Positions 1-9,655 of a stretch of DNA of 64,000 nucleotides are shown here, in pieces. The stretch's first letter is position 1, and every line of letters begins with the position of its first letter. A model generated the notes under the pieces. The model was not told the DNA's origin and made no database searches. It saw nothing but the letters and a program-made list of their open reading frames with translations. Source of the DNA: an uncultured Acidobacteriota bacterium (lineage in GTDB: Bacteria; Acidobacteriota; Terriglobia; Terriglobales; Acidobacteriaceae); NCBI GenBank assembly GCA_963703735.1, contig CAVPFM010000007.1, positions 52,723-116,722 of the forward strand, given 5' to 3'. Both the position numbers and the translations under genes were made by a program.

Positions 1-1
1 G

Positions 2-145
2 GAATGCGTCGACCGTGGACTCCGACGGAAGATTCTCGCCGCTGGAAGCAGGCTTAGCGGCGCTTGATTTTGGGGGCGCGTTTTGAGCTGTGGCAACCGA
101 GAAGGTCAGAAAAAGAATACAGAACAAAGTCAGAAAACTGCGCAT
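2..145 (-). CDS. 5' end of an exported protein of unknown function; gene runs off the left edge
   Basis: Too short for the ORF track. ATG at 145-143 with AAGGAAG just upstream. Hand translation MRSFLTLFCILFLTFSVATAQNAPPKSSAAKPASSGENLPSESTVDAF shows a classical Sec signal peptide. The frame stays open to position 2. Confidence 0.45.
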   Translation of the reverse strand, partial: MRSFLTLFCILFLTFSVATAQNAPPKSSAAKPASSGENLPSESTVDAF

Positions 146-229
146 AGCTTCCTTTCGTATTTGATGTCGCTGAAACTTGGAAAAAATGAAATCGGGATTG
201 CAGTTGAACCGCACCATCCAGAACTAAAC

Positions 230-1870
230 TCAAACCTCAGACTTGGCGGCAATCGGAAAACGGCGTCCATAGCCGAATGCCTTGGGAGAAATCTTGAGTC
301 CCGGGGCGGCTTGTTGCCGCTTATATTCCACGCGATCTACCATGCGGACGACACGCCGCACGACGTCGGTATCAAAGCCGCGATCGGCTGCAATCTGCTC
401 CGGGGAGTGCGCATCTTCCACATAGTCTTCCAAAACCGCGTCCAAGACTTCATACGGTGGCAGAGAGTCGCTGTCTTTCTGATTCGGGCGTAACTCGGCT
501 GAAGGTGGCTTTTCCAGCGTGTCGTGCGGAATCACGGCGCGCCGCGAATTCACGTAGCGGCTCAGCCGATAGACCAGGGTTTTGGGGACGTCCGAAATCA
601 CTGCAAGGCCGCCAGCCATGTCTCCGTAAAGTGTACAGTAGCCCACTCCGAGTTCACTCTTGTTGCCGGTGGAGAGCACGATCGCGCCAAACTTATTGGA
701 GAGCGCCATCAGCAACATGCCGCGGGCGCGGGACTGCAAGTTCTCTTCGGTCGTGTCTTCTTGCTGCCCGGCAAAGACTGGCTTCAGCATTTCGCGATAT
801 GCCTCGTAGGCCGGATCGATCGAGATCAGCTCGAATCGAATACCTAGATTCTTTGCCAGGGTGCGCGCGTCGTCGATCGATCCGGGCGAAGAATATGGCC
901 CGGGCATACCGACGCCGATGACGTTCTGAGGGCCGACGGCGTCGGAAGCGATCACTGCGGTGAGTGCGGAATCGATGCCGCCGCTCAAGCCGATGATGGC
1001 CTTCTGAAATCCGCACTTGTGCATGTAGTCGCGCGTGCCCAAAACAAGAGCGCCATAGGCGCTGGCTTCGTCTCCGGGAATCTGCTCGTGCAGATCGCCA
1101 GTCAGAGTTTGAGAATCAAAGAAGATCAGATCCTCTTCGAACGACTTGCCTTGCGCGATCACCTGCCCTTCTCGATTGAGCACCAAGCTGGAGCCATCGA
1201 AAACGAGGCTGTCGTTGCCACCCACTTGATTGACCAGGGCCACTGGAACCTTGTGCTGCCGTGCGATGCTGGCCAGCATGTCGCGGCGGAATTCGCGCTT
1301 GCCGATCCAGAATGGAGAAGCGGATATGTTGAGCACGAAATTGCCGCCGGCGTGAATGAGTGATTCGACGGGATCAACCGTGTACAGGCGTTTCGTCCAA
1401 AAGCGCTTGTCGTTCCACGCGTCTTCGCAGATCGTGAGAGCCATCCGATTGCCGCAGAATGGAAACAGTTCCTGATGTTTAGCGGGGGCGAAGTTGCGCA
1501 TCTCGTCGAACACGTCGTAGGTGGGAAGCAGCATCTTCGACTGGATGAATTCGATCTTACCGTCCCGAAGCAGAGCCGCAGAATTCATGACCGTCTTGCC
1601 GGTGTCGGCGTGGGCGGGCATGACCAGACCGCAGATCACGGCAATTCCTATGGTTTCGGCCGCGATTTTCTCGGCCCATTCTCGATTGTGGACAACGAAC
1701 GACGAGCGCTCGACCAGATCCCGGGGCGGGTATCCGCAGACCGATAATTCGGGGAAGAGGATGAGTCCGGCGCCAGCCGATTCGGCCCGCCGGGAGAATT
1801 CAACCATCTTGGCGGCGTTGCCGGAGAAATCTCCGACGGTAGGATTGATCTGGCCCAGCGCGATCTTCAC
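230..1870 (-). CDS. nadE: Glutamine-dependent NAD+ synthetase
   Basis: 546 aa. N-terminal CN-hydrolase/glutaminase domain (LILFPELSVCGYPPRDL, LTICED). C-terminal ATP-pyrophosphatase motif GLSGGIDSA. Confidence 0.93.
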   Translation of the reverse strand: MKIALGQINPTVGDFSGNAAKMVEFSRRAESAGAGLILFPELSVCGYPPRDLVERSSFVVHNREWAEKIAAETIGIAVICGLVMPAHADTGKTVMNSAALLRDGKIEFIQSKMLLPTYDVFDEMRNFAPAKHQELFPFCGNRMALTICEDAWNDKRFWTKRLYTVDPVESLIHAGGNFVLNISASPFWIGKREFRRDMLASIARQHKVPVALVNQVGGNDSLVFDGSSLVLNREGQVIAQGKSFEEDLIFFDSQTLTGDLHEQIPGDEASAYGALVLGTRDYMHKCGFQKAIIGLSGGIDSALTAVIASDAVGPQNVIGVGMPGPYSSPGSIDDARTLAKNLGIRFELISIDPAYEAYREMLKPVFAGQQEDTTEENLQSRARGMLLMALSNKFGAIVLSTGNKSELGVGYCTLYGDMAGGLAVISDVPKTLVYRLSRYVNSRRAVIPHDTLEKPPSAELRPNQKDSDSLPPYEVLDAVLEDYVEDAHSPEQIAADRGFDTDVVRRVVRMVDRVEYKRQQAAPGLKISPKAFGYGRRFPIAAKSEV

Positions 1871-2009
1871 TTATCAAGTGTAAAACCTGCTTGAAGATAT
1901 TGCACAGCACACCGCGGAACGCTGTTTCGCTCGGAGGTTCTCCGGATACGCCAAAAACTTGCGGAGCCTGCTACAATAACGATTTTGCAGCGAAACCGGA
2001 GGTAGGGCG

Positions 2010-4253
2010 ATGCGCCTACGTACGCAAGCGATTGCGAAATACTGCCTGTTCTTCTCTCTGTCATTTTCGATATTCAACCTTCTTCTTTCTTCCGCCGCCG
2101 CGCAGAACACCACCGGCAAAGCACATCCCTGGATGAACGCGAGCCTGTCTCCCGACGATCGTGCGTCGCTGGTCGTTAAAGAGATGACGCTCGACGAAAA
2201 GATTTCCATGCTTCACGGCACGGGCATGCAAGGTTTGAGTCCAATGAGCCCGCTGGCGATCAGTTCTAATGGCGGAGCGGGATATGTTCCCGCGGTTCCC
2301 CGGCTGGGGATTCCGGCGATTCAGATGTCGGACGCCGCCTATGGCGTCCGAAGCAGCGGTGAAAACGGCCGCTACTCGACCGCGCTCCCCTCCGACATCG
2401 CGGGCGCCGCAACCTGGGATATCAACGGCGCTTACTCCTATGGTGCTCTGATCGGCCGCGAGCTTCGCGCACAGGGCTACAACATGTCGTTAGGCGGAGG
2501 CATGAACCTCACACGTGAGCCACGCAACGGGCGCACTTTTGAATACATGGGCGAGGATCCAATTCTTGCCGGAACGATGGTCGGATCCGTCATGAAAGGT
2601 CTGCAGGCGCAGCATGTTCTCGGCGACATCAAGCATTACGCGCTGAACGACCAGGAGAGCGGGCGCAATGCGGTGAACATTACCATCGACGAGCGTGCGG
2701 CTCGAGAGAGCGACCTGCTCGCCTTTGAAATCGGGCTGGAGAAATCCGACTCAGCGGCAGTGATGTGTTCCTACAATCGCTTGGATGGCGATTACGCGTG
2801 TGAAAATAAGCACTTGCTCACCGACGTCCTGAAAAATGACTGGAAGTTCAAAGGATTTGTTATCAGCGACTGGCAAGCCGCACACAGCTCCGCCAAATCG
2901 TCAGCGGCCGGCCTGGACCACGAAGAGCCCGGATGGATTTTCTATGGAGACGACGTGAAGAAACTGGTGGAGTCGGGCACGGTGCCTCAGTCGGAGATTG
3001 ACGATCACGTGCGCCGGATTTTGCGGTCGATGTTTGCGACCGGCGTGGTCGACGATCCTGGTCAAAAGAGTGTCGTCGACGTGCTCGGCGGGCTCGAAGT
3101 GGCGCGGAAGATCGAAGAGTCGGCGATTGTGCTGTTGAAGAATGACGGAGCACAGCTTCCGCTGGATGCTTCAAACGTTCACAGCATTGTTGTCATCGGT
3201 CCGCACGCGGATGTGGGAATGATTTCCGGCGGCGGCTCGGCGCAGGTCGATCCTCCGGGCGGAAATGCGATTCTGCCCCCCGGCAAGGGGCAGACGCGAT
3301 GGCTGGAGCCGATGTGGTTCCCGACTTCGCCGTTGAAATCCGTCAAAGCCAAGGCCGACGGCGCAACTGTGCAGTTTGATTCCGGTGCTGATCCGGCTGC
3401 GGCTGCGGCTCTGGCCAAGAGCGCGGACGTCGTCATCGTATTCGCTTACCAATGGGAGAGCGAGGGCATGGACCTCGACAGCCTGTCTCTGCCCGAGCAT
3501 CAGGATGATTTGATCGCGAGAGTCGCAGCGGCGAATCCACATACGGTGGTGGTCCTCGAAACTGGTGGTCCGGTGACGATGCCGTGGGCGGGACAGGTCA
3601 GCGCGATCCTCGAAGCCTGGTACGCCGGCAGCAGTGGGTCGGACGCTGTTGCGAATGTTCTTTTCGGAATTGTGAATCCGAGCGCGAAGCTGCCGGTGAC
3701 GTTTCCGCGCAGCGAAGCCGATCTCCCGCATCCGACGATCGTCAAACCTCCCAAAGCGACCGTCGACGCGGACCGACAAGGCTGGAAGCGAATCGCGGCA
3801 GGCTTGCCGGTATTTCAGGTGACTTACGACGAAGGCGTCAAGGTCGGATATAAGTGGTACGACGCCGAAAACAAACCGGTGCTGTTCCCCTTCGGCTTCG
3901 GGCTCTCTTATACGACGTATTCGTATTCGAATCTTAGAGTGACCCCTGGGAAGAATCCGCGAGTGTCCTTCACCGTCACCAACACCGGGAACCGCCCGGG
4001 AGCCGAAGTTGCAGAAGTCTATGCATCCCTGCCCCCTTCCGCCAATGAACCCCCCAAACGCCTGGTTGGATGGAACAAAGTGCAGCTTAAGGCGGGAGAG
4101 AGTAAAGAAGTCAGTGTCGAAGTCGATCCGAAATATCTCTCGATTTTCGACGTGAAGCAGAACGCATGGCAACTGGTTCCCGGAGAGTACAGCTTCATGG
4201 CCGGCGGCTCCTCTGAGAGCTTGCCGCTGAAGCAGGCCGTGAATCTGAATTAG
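2010..4253 (+). CDS. Secreted glycoside hydrolase family 3 beta-glucosidase
   Basis: 747 aa. Signal peptide ending SSAAAQ. GH3 signatures KHYALNDQE and nucleophile context GFVISDW, plus a C-terminal sandwich/Fn3-like domain. GGAGG lies 7 nt upstream of the ATG at 2010. Confidence 0.9.
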   Translation: MRLRTQAIAKYCLFFSLSFSIFNLLLSSAAAQNTTGKAHPWMNASLSPDDRASLVVKEMTLDEKISMLHGTGMQGLSPMSPLAISSNGGAGYVPAVPRLGIPAIQMSDAAYGVRSSGENGRYSTALPSDIAGAATWDINGAYSYGALIGRELRAQGYNMSLGGGMNLTREPRNGRTFEYMGEDPILAGTMVGSVMKGLQAQHVLGDIKHYALNDQESGRNAVNITIDERAARESDLLAFEIGLEKSDSAAVMCSYNRLDGDYACENKHLLTDVLKNDWKFKGFVISDWQAAHSSAKSSAAGLDHEEPGWIFYGDDVKKLVESGTVPQSEIDDHVRRILRSMFATGVVDDPGQKSVVDVLGGLEVARKIEESAIVLLKNDGAQLPLDASNVHSIVVIGPHADVGMISGGGSAQVDPPGGNAILPPGKGQTRWLEPMWFPTSPLKSVKAKADGATVQFDSGADPAAAAALAKSADVVIVFAYQWESEGMDLDSLSLPEHQDDLIARVAAANPHTVVVLETGGPVTMPWAGQVSAILEAWYAGSSGSDAVANVLFGIVNPSAKLPVTFPRSEADLPHPTIVKPPKATVDADRQGWKRIAAGLPVFQVTYDEGVKVGYKWYDAENKPVLFPFGFGLSYTTYSYSNLRVTPGKNPRVSFTVTNTGNRPGAEVAEVYASLPPSANEPPKRLVGWNKVQLKAGESKEVSVEVDPKYLSIFDVKQNAWQLVPGEYSFMAGGSSESLPLKQAVNLN

Positions 4254-4282
4254 GATTTGGAATGAGAGTAGCGCCGTCGGCA

Positions 4283-7102
4283 CTACTCTTCTCCACCTGC
4301 TGGAAATACCGTGTGCCGCGCTGCAGGCATCGGCGCTGCACCTTTCCGATCCTGCCAGAGCACGCGATTGAGTTGCGCTGCGCCCGCGGCATCGGGACGC
4401 GAGAAATTCATCTTCGCAGAGATCTTGGCGCCCGGTGCGTCTTTTTTATTCGTTTCGTAGATCAGCCCATTCTTCAGATTACGGAAGTCCGCCTTGTACG
4501 GCGCTTGATCCCCAGGTCCCGAGAACAGGCCGCTCATCACGGGAGCATACGCGTCGTTCTGATTCATCGACGGAAGCCCCAACAGCATTTCCATGGTGTG
4601 GATGACATTGACTGTCGTATAGAAGCGGTGCTCGAGATTGGGCTGCGCGGCAGATCCAGGCGCGTACTTGCTAATGACGAAGGCCATTGAGCGATGTGCG
4701 TCCACATGGTCGGCGCCATCCTGCGCGTCGTCTTCGAGGACCAAGATGGCGGTGTCATCCCAATAGGGGCTGTGCGAAACAGCATCGACAACGCGGCCAA
4801 GAGCGAGATCGTTGTCGGCCACGGAAGCCGCGGGGCGCGGAAAGTTCGGACGCGTGCCTCCCGTGTGATCGTCGGGTAAATACAGCAGAACGAAGGCAGG
4901 CATCTCGAATCGCGGTCCCTCGTTCTGCTGACGAGCGCGCACGAAGGCGGAGAACTCATTTAGAAATTCGTCAGCACGAAGCTGGTCGGGATATTCCGTA
5001 TTGAAGTCCGGAAATAGTGGATCAAAATGATCGCGCAATTCGGCCTTGCTCGGCTTTACACCGCTAAACAACGGCACCTCCCACGGAAACGGGCTCGATC
5101 CTCCGTGCGGGTCGCCGACATTTGGAGGCAGCGTGTCGCCCTGGTTCATCACCGAGCGAGGACACTTCGCTTCCTGGCCCGAGGGAGTTCCCTGCTTCGG
5201 ACTCGCGGCCTTGCGCTTCTGGTTGCACCACTCCGCATTCACAAACTCTCCGTAGTCGCGGAAGCTTACGTGATTGCGCGCGAGATTGTCCCATAGGAAG
5301 CCGGTTGACGGATCATCAATATCGGGCTGGTTGTGCTCGAGTGGATATTCGTCGGCGACCTGGCCCTGGAAATCGTAGGTCCGTTCCTTGCCGCGATAGG
5401 CAATCTGCCAAGTCTTCTCGTTGTAGTCGGAAGTGATGGCAGCCGTCGACCAGAGATGGCCGTCGCCGGAGACTTCGCCGCTGTCGTAGAAATTGTCGAG
5501 CACTCCGAACTGGAGCGCGAGTTTGTGTTCGTTCGGCGTGATGTCCTGGCCGTAGAGCGTGAGCGAGGGATCTCCGTCGCCAACTTTCAAATCTCCGAGG
5601 ATCTGGTCGTAGGTGCGGTTCTCTTTAATGATGTAAATGACGTGCTTGATCGGATTCTGCCCGCTAGCGAAATTGATCGTTCCGGGATCGCTATGAAAGA
5701 GGTTGTCTCGTTCCACCGTCTGTGTGAACTCAGGCAGCTTCTGCAAAGTTGACGGAATGTTGAGACGGGCGATTGACCCTCTAAGAAGGGTTGGAATATA
5801 GGGATGATCTTTGTGCTTGGTCTCGTACACCGTCTTGCCCATGTCTTTGTTCGCGCGCGCTCCTGCGCCTTTGGCGGTTGCGATGAGGAGATCATCGCCA
5901 TGAACGGCAAGGGCGCTGGGATACCAATCCGTCGGAATGAAAGATGGATCCGCGAAAAACGTGTCGCCCGGGCCCGGACCGTTGGAAACCTTAGAGACAT
6001 CGAGAACGGCGACCGCATCCAGCGACGCGTCGGCTACAAATAGATGTTCTCCATCCCCTGTTTGAGCAAGAGCAATGGGAGCATTTCCACCGAATTTCTG
6101 TTGGCTTATAGAGACGGGCAGGAAGTGAAAGGCTTGGCCCTGGTCGGTTGAGACGACGGCGACTTCGTCAAGATTGGACAATGTCACGTACAAACTCTTC
6201 TCGTTCGGACTCAGCAACATCGCCGTCGGGTGCGATCCCGGCGCGAGTGGATCGTCCGGTTGCTTCAGCGTGATCCAGCGCGCCACTTTACCGCTCGTCA
6301 AATCCAGTTCCGCCACCTGCGATGCGTTCCATAAGCTGCACCACGCACGGCGGCCATCGCGTGTAGCGACACATGTGTATGGAAATGACGACGGCACCAG
6401 ATCGTTCGTGCTGAGATCGAATGTCTGCAGAATCTTCCCGCTGGCTGGATCGAGCAGCACAACGTTGTCCGAGAGATTGTTGGCGACCAACAGCTTGTCT
6501 TGGCCGCGGTCGGAGATGAGCGCAAGTCCGGCAGGATACGGAATCGCCGTACGCGGGGGCGCCTTTAGTCCGACCGCAAGTTTTTTCTCGGTTGAGAGCG
6601 GCTGCGGTGGAATCGAAATGAATCCCTGCGGAGCTACCTTGCCCGCGGAAAAGGTGTACACGGCAATTCCGTTACCCGTGTCGCCTGCTTTTGTGCCCGT
6701 CGGATCGGACAGTGATCCCACAGACGCGTACAACCGCTTGCCATCCGAGCTGAACGCCAGCCCGATGAAATAGCTCTGGTGTGATTCGTCGCTGAGTCGC
6801 GCATCGGGAAATTCCGTGATCTGATTCGTCTTCAGATTCAGCACCGAAATCGACTGGTGCGCGAACGTCTCCTGCGTGCCGTAGCCGTCATTGAGCAGCG
6901 CGGCGTAGTTGCCGTCGGGGCTGACGACCATTGTGGCCGGAAAACTGTTCGTGCTACCGATACGTCCCGGAGAAGGGACGGTCAGCATCTTGCTGGTCGG
7001 CAGATTGATCGGCGGACGATCGGGAGCGGGAGATTGTGCGCACAAGACCGTAGGCGCGAGTAAGCATAAAGGCAGCAGACGACGAACGAGTGCAGGCTTC
7101 AC
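4283..7102 (-). CDS. Secreted beta-propeller (YncE/YVTN-like) fused to a phosphoesterase-family (PlcN/AcpA-type) domain
   Basis: 939 aa. Signal peptide MKPALVRRLLPLCLLAPTVLCAQ. The N-terminal half has repeated propeller-like units (LYASVGS, LLVANNLSDNVVLLD, LYVTLSNLDEVAVV, LFVADASLDAVAVLD). The C-terminal half has the phosphoesterase motifs IKHVIYIIKENRTYDQILGDL, LPDDHTGG and EDDAQDGADHVDAHRS. Confidence 0.8.
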   Translation of the reverse strand: MKPALVRRLLPLCLLAPTVLCAQSPAPDRPPINLPTSKMLTVPSPGRIGSTNSFPATMVVSPDGNYAALLNDGYGTQETFAHQSISVLNLKTNQITEFPDARLSDESHQSYFIGLAFSSDGKRLYASVGSLSDPTGTKAGDTGNGIAVYTFSAGKVAPQGFISIPPQPLSTEKKLAVGLKAPPRTAIPYPAGLALISDRGQDKLLVANNLSDNVVLLDPASGKILQTFDLSTNDLVPSSFPYTCVATRDGRRAWCSLWNASQVAELDLTSGKVARWITLKQPDDPLAPGSHPTAMLLSPNEKSLYVTLSNLDEVAVVSTDQGQAFHFLPVSISQQKFGGNAPIALAQTGDGEHLFVADASLDAVAVLDVSKVSNGPGPGDTFFADPSFIPTDWYPSALAVHGDDLLIATAKGAGARANKDMGKTVYETKHKDHPYIPTLLRGSIARLNIPSTLQKLPEFTQTVERDNLFHSDPGTINFASGQNPIKHVIYIIKENRTYDQILGDLKVGDGDPSLTLYGQDITPNEHKLALQFGVLDNFYDSGEVSGDGHLWSTAAITSDYNEKTWQIAYRGKERTYDFQGQVADEYPLEHNQPDIDDPSTGFLWDNLARNHVSFRDYGEFVNAEWCNQKRKAASPKQGTPSGQEAKCPRSVMNQGDTLPPNVGDPHGGSSPFPWEVPLFSGVKPSKAELRDHFDPLFPDFNTEYPDQLRADEFLNEFSAFVRARQQNEGPRFEMPAFVLLYLPDDHTGGTRPNFPRPAASVADNDLALGRVVDAVSHSPYWDDTAILVLEDDAQDGADHVDAHRSMAFVISKYAPGSAAQPNLEHRFYTTVNVIHTMEMLLGLPSMNQNDAYAPVMSGLFSGPGDQAPYKADFRNLKNGLIYETNKKDAPGAKISAKMNFSRPDAAGAAQLNRVLWQDRKGAAPMPAARHTVFPAGGEE

Positions 7103-7216
7103 GGACCCTCCGCGATGGATGGAGTCAGAAATGAAAGAGGTGATGAGCGTAATTCAACCCGGCGCGAACGGTCAAAGCTGAGCTCTCAAAGCGAAGTTTT
7201 GCTAGCGACAGAGCCA

Positions 7217-7256
7217 GTCGAGCTTCGCTCGACCGGACAGCCGAGGGCGGCTGTCC
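7217..7256 (-). terminator. Two tandem GC-rich hairpins downstream of phoU; possible terminator or repeat unit
   Basis: GTCGAGC-ttc-GCTCGAC (7217-7233) followed by GGACAGCC-gagggc-GGCTGTCC (7235-7256), 18-57 nt after the phoU stop. No U-tract follows, so it is not a canonical intrinsic terminator. Confidence 0.3.
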
Positions 7257-7273
7257 CCACACGGACTGTGTCG

Positions 7274-7987
7274 CTAGATGCCTGAAGCGCGCGTAGGGAG
7301 TTGCGGTTCCGGAGCCGACGGAGTTTCTTCCGGATGAACGTTGTGCCGCACGTCAGAACCCTGTACCCAGAAGATGACATCCTCGGCGATATTCGTGGCG
7401 TGGTCGGCAACGCGTTCTAAATTGCGGGCGACCAGCAGTGCATCCAGAGCCTGCCGCACGATCTCAGGACGATCGTTCATCGTCTTGACCAGCTGGATGA
7501 AGGCGTCGTCGCGCATCCGGTCGATGACGTTGTCCATTTCGAGCACAGCTTGTGCGAGCTCCACTTTGCCCTCGATGAACGACTCTAACGCCCGGCGCAC
7601 CATGGCACTCACGGCTGTTCCCATACGCGCGATGTCGACGGGAAGGTCTGCCGCAGGCAGTTCCACCATGTCCATCACGCGCTCGGCGATGTTCACCGCC
7701 TGATCGCCAACACGCTCGAGATCGGAATTAATCTTGGTGACGGCGAGGATGAAGCGCAGGTCCACCGCCATCGGCTGCTGCATAGCGAGCATGTCAAAAG
7801 CAGCTTCGTCGATTTCGCGTTCGGCGATGTTGATCAGATTTTCGCCTTCGAGCACCATCTGGCAGCGGGTCAGGTCGCGCTCTACATAGGCCTGGCGGGC
7901 GCGGTCCACCGCCTGCTCCGCCAGTCCTCCCATGCGAAGCAACCGCTGCCGTAGATCGTCGAGCCCCTGCTGAAAGCGCGTACGCAT
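7274..7987 (-). CDS. phoU: Phosphate signalling complex protein PhoU
   Basis: 237 aa. Two PhoU repeats with metal-binding-type motifs (VGDQAVNIAERV, VADHATNIAEDV). Lies directly downstream of pstB. Confidence 0.93.
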   Translation of the reverse strand: MRTRFQQGLDDLRQRLLRMGGLAEQAVDRARQAYVERDLTRCQMVLEGENLINIAEREIDEAAFDMLAMQQPMAVDLRFILAVTKINSDLERVGDQAVNIAERVMDMVELPAADLPVDIARMGTAVSAMVRRALESFIEGKVELAQAVLEMDNVIDRMRDDAFIQLVKTMNDRPEIVRQALDALLVARNLERVADHATNIAEDVIFWVQGSDVRHNVHPEETPSAPEPQLPTRASGI

Positions 7988-8016
7988 TATCCGAACCTTT
8001 CCTTACTTGAATCTGC

Positions 8017-8775
8017 CTACCCGAATCTGCCGGTGATGTAATCTTCCGTCTTCTTGTCGGACGGCTTGGTAAAAATTTTCTCGGTCTTATCGAACTCAAT
8101 CATCTTGCCCAGCAGGAAAAAGCCGGTGAACTCTGCGACGCGCGCCGCCTGTTGCATGTTGTGCGTCACGATTACGATGGTATACCGCTCTTTCAGCTGG
8201 AAGATCAACTCTTCAATTTTTCCGGTAGAAATCGGATCGAGCGCCGAGCAGGGTTCGTCCATCAGGAGAACTTCGGGCTCGACCGCCAGGGCGCGCGCGA
8301 TACACAACCGCTGCTGCTGGCCGCCTGAAAGACTGGCTCCGGATTTCTTATGGAGATGGTCCTTGGCTTCGTCCCACAGAGCCGAAACTTCCAGCGAACG
8401 CTGCACGATCTCGTCCAGCTTGCGGCGGTCGCGAAATCCATTCAACTTGAGCCCCGACGCGACGTTGTCGTAAATCGACATGGTGGGGAACGGATTCGGC
8501 TTCTGGAATACCATGCCGACGCGACGTCGCAGCTGTGTAGCGGAAGTTCCGTTGTAGGCGTCGATTTCGCCGATGCGGACGCGGCCTTCCACCCGCGCTT
8601 CCGGAATCGTCTCGTGCATGCGATTAATGCAGCGGATGAACGTCGATTTTCCGCACCCCGAAGGACCAATCAGCGCGGTGGCATGGTTCGCCGCCACCTT
8701 GAGATTGATGTCAAATAACGCTTGGCCCTTGCCATACCAGGCATTCAGGTTCTCGACCTGGATTCCAACGCCCAT
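8017..8775 (-). CDS. pstB: Phosphate ABC transporter ATP-binding protein
   Basis: 252 aa. Walker [13 protein letters not shown] signature LSGGQQQRL, Walker B LLMDEP. PstB-typical N-terminus. Confidence 0.95.
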   Translation of the reverse strand: MGVGIQVENLNAWYGKGQALFDINLKVAANHATALIGPSGCGKSTFIRCINRMHETIPEARVEGRVRIGEIDAYNGTSATQLRRRVGMVFQKPNPFPTMSIYDNVASGLKLNGFRDRRKLDEIVQRSLEVSALWDEAKDHLHKKSGASLSGGQQQRLCIARALAVEPEVLLMDEPCSALDPISTGKIEELIFQLKERYTIVIVTHNMQQAARVAEFTGFFLLGKMIEFDKTEKIFTKPSDKKTEDYITGRFG

Positions 8776-8778
8776 AAA

Positions 8779-9651
8779 TTATGCCGCTCCGAACGAGCCG
8801 CGCCGAACCGCATACCGAACGGCAGCGACCGAGCTTACGATAAGAAGGATGAGAACGAACGATCCGGCCCATGCCTGACGATGCCAGTCATCATAAGCGG
8901 AGTTGGCGTACACATAGATCTGCAACGGTAGGGCGGCGGTGGGCTGATCGTACCGCAGATTCCAAAACGTATTGCCCAGCGCAGTGAAAAGCAACGGCGC
9001 AGTTTCGCCCGCTACTCTAGCGAAGGCCAGCATGACGCCGGTGATCACACCGGAAGTCGCGGTGCGAAGCGTGATCGAAAGTGTTGTCCGCCAGCGCGGG
9101 ACGCCGAGGCCATACGCCGCCTCCCGTAGCGCCTGCGGGACTAACAGCAGCATCTCTTCCGTCGTCCGGCAAATGGTCGGGACCATCATGATCGACAGTG
9201 CCACTCCGCCGGCCAGCGCTGAAAATCCGCGACCGCGAACCAGGATCGCCCAGGCGACGATGCCGATCACGATCGACGGCACTCCGTTGAGCACGTCTGC
9301 GGTGAAGCGAATGGCGGCTCCGAAGCGATTGCGTCCGAACTCAGCCAGGTAGATGCCAGCGCCGACTCCAAACGGTACGCCAATGACGCTGGCAATCCCG
9401 AGAATCAGCATCGATCCGACGATCGCGTTGGCCATGCCTCCGCCGGGCTCGCCGACGGGCTTGGGAGTTTGGGTGAGGAAAGCCCAGTTAAGGGAGCCCA
9501 CGCCCTTGTAGACGAGGTAGCCAAAGATAGCAATCAGCGGAGCCAACACCAGCACGACGGTCAGCACGGCCACACCCGTCATCACATGATCGGTGACGCG
9601 GCGGCGCAGACTGATCGGTGGAACGGTGGCCTGTGAAGTGGATGTGCTCAT
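8779..9651 (-). CDS. pstA: Phosphate ABC transporter permease PstA
   Basis: 290 aa polytopic permease. Its stop lies 3 nt before the pstB start, in the order pstC-pstA-pstB-phoU. Confidence 0.9.
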   Translation of the reverse strand: MSTSTSQATVPPISLRRRVTDHVMTGVAVLTVVLVLAPLIAIFGYLVYKGVGSLNWAFLTQTPKPVGEPGGGMANAIVGSMLILGIASVIGVPFGVGAGIYLAEFGRNRFGAAIRFTADVLNGVPSIVIGIVAWAILVRGRGFSALAGGVALSIMMVPTICRTTEEMLLLVPQALREAAYGLGVPRWRTTLSITLRTATSGVITGVMLAFARVAGETAPLLFTALGNTFWNLRYDQPTAALPLQIYVYANSAYDDWHRQAWAGSFVLILLIVSSVAAVRYAVRRGSFGAA

Positions 9652-9655
9652 GAGT

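Noticed and set aside
7103-7190. Possible Pho-box-like phased hexamers upstream of the phosphoesterase gene (TTGAAT-N5-TCATCA-N5-TTCATT on the minus strand). Similar candidates lie upstream of GH3 (GTAAAA-N5-TTGAAG, 1880-1896) and ppx (single GTAAAC at 11800).
   Set aside because: The hexamers match the (T/G)T(A/T)AC(A/C) pattern poorly or occur as single copies. They are indistinguishable from chance by eye.
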